Source: Dimargaris cristalligena
Lineage: Eukaryota
DNA length: 53,636 nucleotides
Assembly: GCA_003614675.1 (NCBI GenBank)
Contig: ML002265.1
Span: forward strand, 1-53,636
Direction of reading: 5' to 3'
Within the stretch, counting starts at the first letter, position 1. Each line of letters begins with the position of its first letter. Below the pieces are notes generated by a model. The model was not told the DNA's origin. It did not search any database and was given only the letters and a program-made list of their open reading frames with translations. Both the position numbers and the translations under genes were made by a program. Of the stretch, positions 23,537-36,587 are shown piece by piece.

Positions 23537-25739
23537 ATGGACGGATGCGCTGGTCAGTCCAACACGGTGTCGCTGCCTCGGGCGTTCCAGACCGCTCAGG
23601 CTCTCTTCCGCGAAATTGACGACAGTCCGTTGGCCACCAACTCCGACGAATATCAGGTAAGTCCCGCCAGCCTCCCTCCGCATCTGCAACCCCCCGCGCC
23701 TTTCTACCGTTCGTTCTCAGATTGGTTTTTTTTGGGGTCGGGTGACCCATTTTGCAACGGGGTGCAGTTGCGCCTAGGCCCAGTACTCAGGGGCTATTTT
23801 GCAAGGAAGTCGGTATGTGGAGCCAAAATTCCCGATCCTAGTGATAAGTGTCAAACACCCCATCACGGGGCTACTTTTCTCTCTCTCTCGAAAAAGCCAT
23901 AATCATGCAAACATGGTTAAGTTATGGCCTAGCGACAGCACATCCTCTCATTTTCCTTCTCTCCTTTTATTTAACATGGTTTTATACATACCGAATCCCT
24001 ACCATCGCATGCGGCTATAGAATCTGGTGCGAAGCTGTATCGAGCAGTATCAGCTCTGCCGGCGCATGGTCGACCAACTGAGTCTCTTTAGCGTCGACGA
24101 GATCATCGATGATGTCTCTACATTTAATTTAAGGTATAGTTACTCTCTTGGACTTATCGGTTAATGTCATCACCTTATCATCCCGAATACATTTTTTAGT
24201 CGGCTCCACTCTACAACTGTTGCAGTTTTAGCAGACATTCGATATTCTCCATGAGTTCATAACTATCTCTGACCCTTCAGCACTTACCATTTTCTTTATG
24301 ATGCTTATAATTTATAGATACATGCTTATCGATGCGTACTTGGGCCAGGTTATCCTCAAACTAATGCAGCAGGACCGTAAACCCTTGCTAGTTCAAGCTC
24401 AGGTACGTCCCTCCCTCACTTTGTCCAACTAAGGACGCCAAAGTTGACTTCGCTCGTTGCCCCAATTATTAATATGATATTACTTAAGTACTATAGTTCG
24501 AGTGACTCATGCGCTACGTGTATATATATATACCCCTGTAAAACCCTGGTTACATTACGTCTAGATTTGTTTCGAGCGTTTCTATGAATTATGCTCCGAC
24601 TATGGATTGGTCGAGAAACCGGTAAGTAGGCTCGACAGCTCCTTGCTAACGGATAATCCTCGCTGATACATTCAGTGGTTAAGCCATTATGTACCCCGCT
24701 ACTTGCCCCAATTCTCCTCCTCGGACTCTCATTTTATAATATACCAATACCCTGGCTATATACATATTTACGGAAATAGGACCAGCAATACTACTTGGCC
24801 ATCAAGAATCAAATCCAGTCCAACCCGACCCGTAGCCGAGAGGAAAAAATCGCCCGTTATAAGCGCCATAAGCAACTAAAGAGCCAGGCCAAAGAGCTCG
24901 AGGATGCCATCTCGAGCCGTGGCCCAAGCAACGGGCGCGGCAATGGTGATAACGACGATGATGATGATGATGATATGGACGACACCCAGCGGGATCACTG
25001 CTTACTATTAATCCAAATTGCGATCTATAATACCATGGAGGGGCTCAGGTCTATCCAGGACGAAAGGGTGTTGCTGGAGATGCAGGAAAAGCTCCTGGCC
25101 GGACAGGGACAGGTGGCTCCGGCGGATGTCGATAACCGGCTGGACATTCATGCCGGCCGATCCCAGCTACAGCAGGCGACGGGGCCCCTCCTGGCCAACA
25201 ATGGCAAGGTAAGTAAACTTTGACATCGTTATAAATAGATAGTTGCCTTTGGCAATGCTAGCTCGGGCGAGCCATATGGTCATCTCCGCAGATCCCCTTC
25301 ATTATTTTAACCGGCGATTTCAAATCAGTGTTATCTCTGACTCCTTTTCCGCACACTTTCACGTGCCTCGTTTAACTTGATGATTACGATGGACTTATTA
25401 TCACCCCATGCTCCCCCCCTTAAACCAACAACTGGCCCGTATTTATGTATCTCTCAGATCATGCGACCCTTCACCATCACCAGCAAACGTCAAGATATCC
25501 AAGATGGTGTGTTTAGACCCAGTTGGCGCCTGCCCACCATGACCGTGGACGAGTACCTAGACATTGAAATGGAGCGGGGTAACATCATTAGCGGCGGCGG
25601 TAAAGAGCCCGAAAAGAAGGACACGGAGCACGATGGAGATGAGGAGGCCCAGGACCGCGAGACCTTGAAACAGCGCGAGTGGGACGAATTCAGGGATAAT
25701 AACCCTAGGGGTTGGGGTAACCGTGCGGGCAAGGGTTAA
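23537..25739 (+). CDS. TAP42: TAP42/alpha4 (IGBP1) PP2A regulator; exons about 23537-23656, 24021-24133, 24318-24402, 24565-24621, 24780-25208, 25458-25739
   Basis: LSLFSVDEIIDDVST.NLRY, REEKIARYK, VFRPSWRLPTMTVDEYL, REWDEFRDNNPRGWGN. Six exons join in frame. Confidence 0.92.
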
Positions 25740-26034
25740 GATCTCCCGTCCGCTAAAATCCGGCGCCTCTTTGGACCCTCTCCATGTCTCTTTGCACTGG
25801 AAAGACAGGGTATGTTCTATTTGCTTTGACATTGGCCCCTGGCCTAAATTGATTACCCCCCACTAATGGGGATTGAAGTGAATAAAATGAACTATTTGGT
25901 TTCATTAATTTAAATCGATTTGGCGTAGACGTCTGGCATCTGTAGACATGTCTACTTGGTAACAAAATTAAAAAACCGACAATGAGTGATGTGGGGCTTC
26001 AAGAATGGTACTAACTATGTTAAATCCACGCTCA

Positions 26035-27249
26035 TTAAGCAAACTCGTCACCATCTTCACCATCCGACCCAGCTACTCCTCGCTGTTTTGACGACCGAGA
26101 AGAAGCGGAACCTATAAACCCATTGTTATGACGTTGCCGAGTGCTCGACCGCTGGGTATCGTCCTCCATATAATCTTCGTCACTCGAATGATTCTCATCA
26201 TCGCTATCCCGACCCTTCATATTGGACTTGGGGGGTCGGGGGTTACGAAGGACACCAGTGTTGAGCAGGAAGGTCTCCAATTCAGCGGTCTTGAAATCGT
26301 CGTGGTTGCCTAGATCCTCGAAACCCACGAGTCGCCGTCCAGCAATTGCATCGACAATCGGAATGACACAGGGCAGGATTTGGATTTTCAATTTGGTGAC
26401 CAGGAAGGGGGCATTGGCTACATTGATTTTGAAGAATTTAGTGGTGAAGTACTTGGCCGAGAGAGTCTGGTATAGTTGGAGACAGTAAGGGGGGGATGGG
26501 CAGAAGAAGATAATAAAAGTTAGCGGATCACAGAATATGATTAAATTGATTATTTCGTAATTCAAAAAGGTCAGTTACAGTGGCCAATGCATGTTGCACA
26601 ACGGAAGAAACCAAGTAGAGAAAGAGTATGGTAGGGTTTGAAACCACACTGAAAGGGGATTATTTCCAACGGGTTAGAAACGAAGATCATGGGTATTTTA
26701 CTTCCACCAGTCTATCCAACGCAATAGCGCTAACATTTGCAGAATTATAGATTACCTTCAGATGCTTATCGATAATCATACAGCGCCGGAATTCGGGATG
26801 ATAAAAGTGGAGTACGCACAGCTCAGTCGAAGTCATGAGCTTGATGGCTGATTTTTCGTCAAGGATTTCGGTATATTGGCCATGATCCTTGGCCTTCATT
26901 TCACCTAGTTCAGCCATTCTAATCTCAACCGACGACAATGACGATACCCGTCGTATATAGAGTTGAGGGTGGCAGAGAGGTACCCGGCCCAAAGTTAGTA
27001 AAATGGTTAGGGTTTTAACAAGCAAGAACGCCGGGCAGTTAAGGAATGTCGCATGGATACCAATACTAATACTTACTGCTTCTTGAGGGCCTCGAGGCGT
27101 TGCTCACGGTAACCGGCGAGTTCATCGTCCTTCTCGAGCTCGTCAAAGAGGGAATCTTCATCCTCCTGGTCGGGGTTTTCGATGGCCCGGAAAGCAAGGC
27201 GGTCAGCGATGTTGTCTTGGTGGGACCGTGAAGGACCTGGTGAAGCCAT
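26035..27249 (-). CDS. PLP1: Phosducin-like thioredoxin-fold protein (PLP1/TXNDC9); exons 27249-27077, 26918-26756, 26466-26035
   Basis: YREQRLEALK, HGQYTEI, HFYHPEFRRCMIIDKHL, APFLVTKLKIQILP, LVGFEDLG..DDF. Confidence 0.88.
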
Positions 27250-28320
27250 GGTAGCAAATAGGAAGAGAAGGGGGGAGAGTCGATTTTATTTTGGTTTAGG
27301 AAGAGAGGGGTTGTACTTGGGACGAGGAGGTCGAGGGGTGAATGGATGCAACGTAGGGCTTAGTCTACAATGGGGTCTCCTCTTTGGGTGACAGCCGCTA
27401 ATGAGAGGCAATAAGTGGAGGGGAGGACTACTGACTTTGGGGAATCCACCTTCTCTCCTTAATTATTCCCAGCTTTCCACCGGTTATGGAAATGGAGAAC
27501 AAAGCCCTCTGTAGCCACCGCACTGGAGTTGGTAGTAGCAGGCCTCGTTGACCCATGATGGGAACAAAAAAATTTTAGGGAAATGGAGGCCAAGATACAC
27601 CACATTTAGGGGGAATATAGGCGGGAGGGAAGAAGCAGGTGTGCTAGGTATGACAGCCATCACCCGCTCATTGTATCCTTCCCTCTCCCATACCAGATTT
27701 GGTCAAAGGGAAGAAAGAGGTGCTTGAAAAAAATTAATCCCGTGGTCTCTCTCTATGGACGCCATGTATTATATATATATATACACATACATATGGGAGT
27801 AGTTCAACAAGGCTGTATAACGAAAAATCCATTTGATGAGGCAAGTACTACTGGTTGAAAATAAATCTCCCATACATTATCCCATACACATATCGGTTAA
27901 ACCCCTATACAACCGAGCTGAACTTTACCCATATATACTATACAGCTTATACGCTGCTGGTTGGCTGGTGACATAGACTGCATATAGGCAACTCCTCTCT
28001 CCCTCCCCCCCCACTATACTACCTCGTTTTTTTGGCCCAGAGTGGTTATATGCTACTCTAAAATATATGCGCTTATACGCTATGGTTCTATACACCTGCT
28101 AGCCCTTGTTCTTCCATCTGCTTGACTCTGGTCCCTTCCTCTCTCCCTTACCTCACCTTACCTTCCCGCCCACCTCTACATTTCCGTGCTTGTACCTCTT
28201 TCGGTCCATACTACCGAGCCCCTTTGCTCCGTTTTTTTTCCGCGGCCCCCTTCCACTTCAGCCTATCCTATTTACTCCATCCCTTTTTCCAAGCCTATAC
28301 TATTATCATTACAACCAACC

Positions 28321-31278
28321 ATGTGGGCTCCGGAACCTCAAAGCCTGGCCGATCTCGTCCAGATGCTGGCCAACTCCATCTCGTCCAATAACGATATCCA
28401 GGCCACCAACGCTCAGGTATGTTATATCTACTACTATAGGCCACCCCCAATACTCCCTTGTCTATCTGGGGTGAAACTCCGGAGTCCCGAGTCTAACAAT
28501 ATAATTCCCGAGCCGAGTCTCCATGCACTCGGTTTGGTGAAAGTGTCTGAGTTTCCCCGTTGCGGAATTATGTGTCCCCCCAGCATAGTTATATTCAGTG
28601 TCCGTGCTTAAACTAACCCCCGCCCTAACTTCTTCTATGTGCACTTCCACCTACGCCCCTATCTTCAACAGAAACTGGAGGAGCTGAACCGGGTGCCTGA
28701 CTACAACAACTACTTGATTTACGTCCTAACCCAACTTCCCCAAGAAAGCGCTGAAACCCGGGCCGTTGCCGGTTTGCTGCTGAAGAACAATGTTAGGTTG
28801 CACTTCCCGGAAATTACCCCGCCCGTGCTCGAGTACATCAAGGTACACTGCCTGGAGGCCCTAGGCGACTCCGACGCCATGGTGCGTGGTACCGTGGGTA
28901 CCTTGATTACCACCATTGTGTCCCGGGGTGGTATCGCCGCCTGGCCCCAAGTGCTCCCCCGTCTGATGGAGCTGCTGGATCACTCGAACTACAATGTGGT
29001 CGAGGGTGCCTTTGGTGCTCTGCAAAAGATTTGTGAGGACTCCGCTGCCGAACTGGACAACGAGGTAGACGGTACCCAGCCTTTGGAGTTCATGATCCCC
29101 AAATTTATCCAGTACACGGATTCGCCACAGCCTAAACTCCGCGTCTTGGCTCTGTCCTGCATTAATCAGTTTATCCTGGGCCGCCCTAATGCGCTGATGG
29201 TCCACATCGATGCGTTCATGCAGGCTCTGTTCAAGCGGGCGTCGGACGACCGTCCTGAAGTGCGCAAGAACGTCTGCCAGGCTATGGTCATGCTGCTGGA
29301 GTCCCGCCCCGATAAGATCCTGCCCGAGCTCAGCAATATTGTCGACTACATCATCTTCTGTACCGACAGTGACGACGAAAGCCTGGCCTTGGAGGCCTGC
29401 GAGTTTTGGCTTACCTTTGCCGAACAATCCGATATTAGCGGCCACCTGCGCCCCTATCTGCAGAAAATTATCCCTTCCCTGCTTAAGGGCATGGTCTACT
29501 CGGAAATGGACCTGCTGACCCTTGATGTGGACGAGGACGACGCGGTGGTGCCCGATCGGGATGAGGATATCAAACCCCGTCACCACCACTCCAAGGCCCA
29601 TGAGTCCAGCCGCGGCGAGGGTGCGGAGCCTCAAGCCGCCGGGTCGGACGACGACAGCGATGACGATGATGATGACGACGACATGGATGACATGTACGCC
29701 GAATGGAACCTGCGTAAATGTTCCGCTGCTTCGCTCGACGTGATGGCCTCCGTGTTCGGCACCGATATTCTGGAACACATTCTGCCCCTGCTGCAGCAAG
29801 CCCTTTTCGACTCCGACTGGATGCGGAAGGAGTGCGGCATCTTGGCCCTGGGTGCCATCGCGGACGGTGCTATGGCCGGTATTGAGTCGTATCTGCCCGA
29901 ACTGGTTCCTATCCTGTTGGAGCACCTTAACCACCCCAAGGCCCTGGTGCGCTCCATTTCCTGCTGGACCCTCAGCCGTTACTCGGCCTGGTGCTGCCAC
30001 ACCGTCGACGAAGCCGCCAAGGCCAAGTACTTCATCCCCATGCTTGATGGTCTGTCCCGCATGATCCTGGATAACAATAAGCGCGTCCAGGAGGCCGCGT
30101 GCAGTGCCTTCGCCACCATCGAGGAGGAGGCCGGTGCCGAACTGGCGCCCTACCTCGATCCCATTATCCAGTGCCTGGTCCAGGCCTTCACCAAATACCA
30201 AAAGAAGAACCTGCTCATCCTGTACGACGCCGTAGGTACCTTGGCTGATTCCGTCGGCGAGGCTCTGAACCGCCCCGAATACATCCAGATGCTGATGCCC
30301 CCGCTCATCAATAAGTGGCACCAGCTGGGCGATGAGGACCGCAACCTGTTCCCCCTTCTGGAATGCCTGTCCTCCGTGACCGCCGCGGTGGGTCTGGGTT
30401 TCCAGCCCTATGCCCCGCCCGTCTTTGAGCGGTGCGTCAACATCGTGACCAATTCGATTACGATTATCCAGCAGGGCAATCTCGACCCGACCCTGGAACA
30501 GGAGCAAAAGGACTTTATTGTCGTGGCCTTGGATCTGCTCAGCGGTATGGTACAGGGCTTGGGAGCCTCCAGCGAGGCCCTCATTGCCTCCAGCCACCCC
30601 CCGTTCATGCAGATTGTTATGGCCTGTTTGAACGACAGCCTGCCCGAAGTCCGTCAGTCTACCTACGCATTGTTGGGTGACTTGGCTATGTCGACCTTCA
30701 CCCACGTCCGCCCGCACTTGGAGCAGATTTTCCCCGGCCTCATTGCCCAAATCGACCCCCGCTCGGAGGAGATTTCGGTATGCAATAACGCGGCCTGGTC
30801 CGCCGGTGAAATTTCCCTGAAGTACGGTGCGGAAATGCAGCCCTGGATCAACCCGCTTCTCGAGCGCCTCATTCCCCTGCTGAACAACCCCAAGACCGCC
30901 CGCACGTTGGCCGAAAATGCCGCCATTACCATTGGTCGCCTGGGCCTGGTCTGCCCCGCCCTGGTCGCCCCCCACTTGGAGAGCTTCGCCAAGCGATTCT
31001 GCACCCTCCTGGGCCAAATCCGCGACAATGACGAAAAGGACTCGGCGTTCCGTGGTTTATGCACTCTGATTGAGGCTAACCCTAACGGCATCCTGCCCTC
31101 CTTTGTGTACTTCTGTGACGCTGTAGCCCGGTGGCAGACACCCTCGGCCCCACTTAACGAGATGATGGGCAAGATTCTGCATGGTGTCAAACAAATGAGC
31201 GGCGAGAACTGGGCCGGGTATCTGAATAGTTTCCCCGAGAATATTCGGACCGTATTGGTGGAGCGTTACGGTATCTAA
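28321..31278 (+). CDS. KAP104: Transportin-1 / karyopherin beta-2; exons 28321-28416, 28672-31278
   Basis: MWAP..., PDYNNYLIYVL, AGLLLKNN, ALEACEFWL, acidic H8 loop, WNLRKCSAASLD, KYQKKNLLILYDA. Confidence 0.96.
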
Positions 31279-33507
31279 GGACTAGTTGATTCGACTTTTC
31301 CATTTGCCATTCCCCATTTACTCGCACTTTCATCATTATGTTCCCCTTTCTTCGGTTTGCCTAAAATTTAACCATTTTCGGCATTTTTGGTAATGCGACA
31401 TTCCAAATTCGACATGTGGTAACTAACTACTCCTACTTTTACATTCACCCAGCTCTTTTGATAGTTGTTCCACACTTCTCATTTCTTCCCCACCTTCTCT
31501 CTCTTTAATATATCGCCTGTATGGTTTGGTCAGCGGAAACCAGTTTTTGTGACGTTCCTCTGTACCATCTCCTCCAAGCCATCATTTCCAAATACACTCA
31601 TTACCCCCCCCCCTCCTTTCATTTCCACCATTTTGTGTTTTGTCCCTTAGGCTAACCTTTTTATTCTTCATTCACCCCCCCTCTCTCCTTCTTGTCACCG
31701 CTGCCCAATTACAGCTGTGGCACTTTCCCCCGTTTCAATGAATTACCACACTTCCATCACCTCCTATTTTATTTGTTCTCCTGGATTTCCTGATAATCCC
31801 GCCCCCCCCCTATTTCTCCATTTCATCGATCTTCACCTTGCCATTTGTTTTGTGGATTGCCTTATAAATATATATAACCCTTCACGATTCAGTCGTAGAA
31901 TATAGTAGTCCAATATTTTGTACATCAGGGTTGGTAATGTGGGATGTACAGTATGTGCCGGTTTATAACAGACCCACTCAGACGATCACTCATTACGAAT
32001 TTCTCTATAAACAATAATTCCAAGAAAGCGCAACTCGTATGTAGAATCTAGATCCAAGGGAGATAGCATATTCCCAGTAATGGTGAGTTGTACCCCAGAT
32101 TACCTTTGCATTCTGCCAAATAAGACAAAGGAATCTAGGTGCTTGGCGGATGCGGATGGGTTAACGGTAGTTAGTATAATAGGGCCTACTTGGCGGAACA
32201 ATACTAGGTATTAAATCCTAGTTTTTTGATACACAGTCCTGTTTTTGCAGGAGAGACTGAATTATCAGGGATGCGCTGTCCTGCCAATGGTCACCCGCCA
32301 TAGGAAATGGGGTAATAGTATATCCTACCTGTATGATCTCTAGACATCCATTGGAACCACTGACTGGCCTTTGAGCTCCACCCCGGGTGAATGTGGGGAG
32401 GGGAGGACCCTACTGGCCCTTTTTGGATTGATGTGTGGAGGAGATGGGCCAATTAATTCCACGCCGTAGCATGGGCATGGGACGGCACCGATTAACTAAG
32501 GTAGCGCACGGTTGCTGGAAAATGCCCGGTGAAGTCAGCGGATATGGTGCTGTTGAGTCCAATGCCCACTAGATGGGCCGTACCGGAACAAGAGTGGGTT
32601 AGAAGGGCTTATTTTTTTGGTTGGGTTGGATGGTAGTAACTTTGTAAAATGGCGGCGGATTCGAAGGTTAAGTAGGCGGAATAGCCTCACTCCCCCCAAT
32701 GCACACCAGAGTAGTTCTCACCACTCGCCGCCCAAACTATACGGGAAACATTAGAGTATCTCCCCGATGGTTCTTTCAGGTTTCACTAGCTCTCCAAAGA
32801 AAAGAAAGGACAGTCCGCCTAGTCCGAAGTAGTGCTGTGGTCACTGGCGGATTATTTATCCTGGATGAACCTGGCTCGCTGGAAAGTACAGCTTTGTCTA
32901 ATGCGGCTACCACAACCTGTTTTCCCGAACAATGCCGCCGGTAATCAAGTAGTCACCGAAGGTTCGATTGCGCGAATTACTCCACGGACTCCCATACTCT
33001 AGAAGTAGGTTCCTGTGCACCAAGGACATCCCCCCCCCTTCTGGAAATAGCGGTCCGAATACCCATATATTTTACCATTGTAGGCCCATTTCTAACATTG
33101 TTGTGCAGAGTGACATTGGGTTAGGGTTGCGACACGATCCACCAAAGGGTTTGACTGCCTGAATAAGGCGTATTTAATATAGAAACATCCGGCTAACCTA
33201 CAGGCACAGCCACTCGGGCTACCATTGTACCATTGTGACTATTCTCCAAGAGATGCATCATCATTTAAAAACAGTACACTTCTCCACTTGAAACAAGGCA
33301 ACTCTTCAGACCAGTCAGGAGATGCGGCCGCGCCACGTAACCTATACAAATCAGTTGCGTGAGAGGGTTAGCGCTGGGTCAAGGGATGTTGTTTATTAGG
33401 CAGGGATATATGGGGTAGGGTGTAAGGGTGCGAGGAGAGGGGGGGGGTTAATCCGTCGCATGACCAGTATGCCTAAAAATTAAAGAAGAGGGGATTTACG
33501 TAGTTCA

Positions 33508-34809
33508 CTAGGCCTCGGGCTTCATGTTGGCCAGTCCCTCAATGAGATGTTCATAAAAATTGATACCCTCCAAGAAACAGTCCACGGTCACGTATTCGTT
33601 ATGGTCGTGTAACAAAATGGGGGTATTCCGCATGGGCGATATGCCAAAGGCCGGGATACCGAGGGGCCGCACAAATCGGGCATCAGTGGCTCCGGCAAAC
33701 ACATCGACATCCAGGGCAATATCCAGCTGCTTAGTGACGTTCTGGATCACCCCCCACCAGGGGTTATTGTCGTCCAGGTCGGTGATGTTCCGGGCGGTGT
33801 ATTTTTGGATGAATTCTAATTCGACGCCGTGGTCCTGGGCTAGTTTATGGAGGTAGGCATCAAATGCGTTAAAGTCGGTGAAGGGAGTGACGCGAATGTC
33901 AAAGGAGGCCTCGACGGATTCGGGGACTACGTTGACTTGTTTGCCGCAGTGGAGCATGGTGAGGTTGACGCTGGTGACGTCGCCCAGGCGCAAGCGAGGG
34001 GCGAATTGCGCCCTGCTCTCCCCTTCGTGGTCTTGGTCCTTAGTTTGATCTTGATCCTGGCCTATCATCCGACGCTCCTCCCGATCCCGAAAGGCCAGCA
34101 GTTCGTTTACCACGCCCATGATTTTAGTCATGGCGGTGCCCTGGATAAACTGGCTGCCGTGGCCGGTATTGCCATGGGCGGTGAATTTAGTCCACCAGGG
34201 GGCCTTTTCGCTGTGGAACAGCTTGTACATATTACCGGGGTGGGCGACCCCTTCGTCCAGGAAGGCGCCGATGTTAAGGGCTTCGAAGCCGGGGTGGTGG
34301 CAGAATAGTTCCATGCCGCGGTGACTGCCGATTTCCTCGTCGGGCACGAACAAGACGTGGATGGTCCGGAGGAGTTGCGTGATTCCCCGGGCCTTTAGCT
34401 TACGGATGGCCTCCAGGTAGCACATGCCAACGATTTTCATATCCTGGGCCCCGCGGGCGACGATGCGGTATTCAGTCTTTGTGGGGTCTGCGCTGGAGGG
34501 GGCGGGAACAATGACGGCGGCGAAGGGGGCGTGGTCCCAGAAGGCCTCGTAGACGGGTACCACGTCGGTGTGGCTGTTCAGGGCCAGACTGGGCAGAGTG
34601 GGGTCCTGGCCCGGCCAGCTTAGAATGACGATGGGCCGGTCGGGGGCCATTTCGTAGGTTTGGACGGCGAGGTCCAGCTCGGCGGCCTGTTGGAGGAGAA
34701 ACTGGGTGCATGTGCTATAGTCGGGGTCGGGCTGGACGGTCTTAATGCGTAAATACTGTTGGAAGCGGTCGACCGACGGAGGGAACTGGGGAAGGGGAGC
34801 GGAGGTCAT
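33508..34809 (-). CDS. ACY1: Aminoacylase-1 (M20A metallopeptidase), 433 aa
   Basis: NSHTDVVP, ARGAQDMK, PDEEIG, LDEG, GATDARF, LLHDHNE; metal-binding motifs intact. Confidence 0.93.
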   Translation of the reverse strand: MTSAPLPQFPPSVDRFQQYLRIKTVQPDPDYSTCTQFLLQQAAELDLAVQTYEMAPDRPIVILSWPGQDPTLPSLALNSHTDVVPVYEAFWDHAPFAAVIVPAPSSADPTKTEYRIVARGAQDMKIVGMCYLEAIRKLKARGITQLLRTIHVLFVPDEEIGSHRGMELFCHHPGFEALNIGAFLDEGVAHPGNMYKLFHSEKAPWWTKFTAHGNTGHGSQFIQGTAMTKIMGVVNELLAFRDREERRMIGQDQDQTKDQDHEGESRAQFAPRLRLGDVTSVNLTMLHCGKQVNVVPESVEASFDIRVTPFTDFNAFDAYLHKLAQDHGVELEFIQKYTARNITDLDDNNPWWGVIQNVTKQLDIALDVDVFAGATDARFVRPLGIPAFGISPMRNTPILLHDHNEYVTVDCFLEGINFYEHLIEGLANMKPEA

Positions 34810-36587
34810 GGTGGTGGCTGGAGGAGAGGAGGGGTGGAGGTGGGAAGAATGGGGTAAGGAAATGGGCTGGAAAGAAATGGAAAACGGCGGGAAGAGGAGG
34901 GAGCGGGACAGGTTACCGCTGTTCTACGGGTCTCGCTCTGGCCGTGTGAGGGGAGTGGTTCCCCTTCCCACACCTACGCCCCAGCTGCAGGTGCGATGGA
35001 GGTTGCACCTTCCTAATTAAACATTCTCCTTTGTGACTCGCTGGTTGTTGTCTGTGCTCCAGGGACAAGGCCAAAAAGGGGAGGGCATATTACCGATGCA
35101 TCGTATCGGCGTATTGATCCGGTTTTTTGTTCGGGACTGAGACCCGGTAACAACGGCCCTTTGTGTCCCGGATTCCGCTCGACGGAGCCGATAAATCCGA
35201 CGGATCGGGTGACCAAAACTCGTCATCACAAGGGACTCGCGCCTGACAAGATCAGGGCCATGTAAAACAGTCCAAAGGAGGCGCAATGATCCGTGCTGTG
35301 TCACAGGAGGGAGTTATGGGCAGCTCAGTAACGCTTTCTCGTTTTGGGAAGGTCTGGTGAGCAACCACTATCACCACACCCGGTGACTTATTCCAGGCCC
35401 AGGCCCAAGGATCACCGGCTACTTTTATAGGCGAGAGCTTTTCGGAGCCAATTAGATTAGTAGAGGAGAGTAGAGTAGTAGTGGATTGTACACTCCGCCC
35501 CACAGCACCCCGTCGCTTGGTTAATTTCCCTTCCTTCCTCCTTTATTTTCCCTATCAACTCAACTCAACTCAACGCCTATTCTCTTCCGCTATTATACTA
35601 GTTTGCTCCCGAGTTTTTCTGGTTTACCGAGCCGCTCGTTACTTACGGCCACCTAGTTGTTTATAGCTATATTATTACCAGCTGCCCTTGTTTTGTGCAC
35701 CTGCACCCGAACCTACGACTCGACAACCACCGCCCCCCAAAAATAGGCTTTTCCACACCCGGCTAGTCTAATCCATTCAGCGGACGCGCCCACTCGCTTT
35801 AAAAAGCCCGCTGGTTTCACACCGCGTGCCAGTTTCCCGGTTTCAGTCCTGTCTGGTATAATACACTTCTACTTCTACCGTCTTCGCATTCCTTTTTGCT
35901 AGCATTGCCCTTTATTCTGTGCCTGGAATCCCCAGTCTCCCTTCTTACCTTCAATTCCATAGTCTCCCCTTGGCTAATCGACTGCGCTGCCTCGTCCCCG
36001 CTACACTCGCTTCGTTGCTTCCTCTTTGGTGCTCGCCACCCACTCCCCTGCACCAGTAAGTACGCCATGCGTCAACGGACAGCCCCGTCTGAAACACCCC
36101 GCAACGGTTTAATTTTGTTCCCTTATATTCCGACTGGACACGGGTTGGATTGAGTTATCAATTTTAATCCATACCCACAATGAAAATGAAGGGGTCAGCG
36201 GGTGCCCATTTAATGAGATTTCCAATGGGGGTACCTGAAACGCCCTGGGCTCTATTCCCCGGTGCGCTATCCCCCGATCCATATTATCCATGCAATCAAA
36301 GCGACCCTAATAGCCCCTGGCGGGGGGAAAGACTAGTAGTCAGTCCCCCACAGACCGTGCAAAGGGTTTATCCGAATTCTAATCAACTCATCACCATCAT
36401 TAGGGTCGAGTTGCCTCAGAGGCTAACCGGGCATTCTGTCCCAATATAATCCCCGGTGCTCGCTCCTGGATTTCTCGTCAAATAACTGGTGAATTATACC
36501 CTTCCGTTTATCAACCCCATCCTTCCTCCATTAACCGAATTTCCCTTCCGCCGCCATTACCCCTATCCATTCTCCCCTCCGCCCGCC

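Noticed and set aside
28861-31017. 718-aa antisense ORF over transportin, and similar antisense ORFs over HXK, CUL1, DAL2 and PARN
   Set aside because: Shadow frames caused by C/G-ending codon bias of the sense gene; no recognisable motifs.
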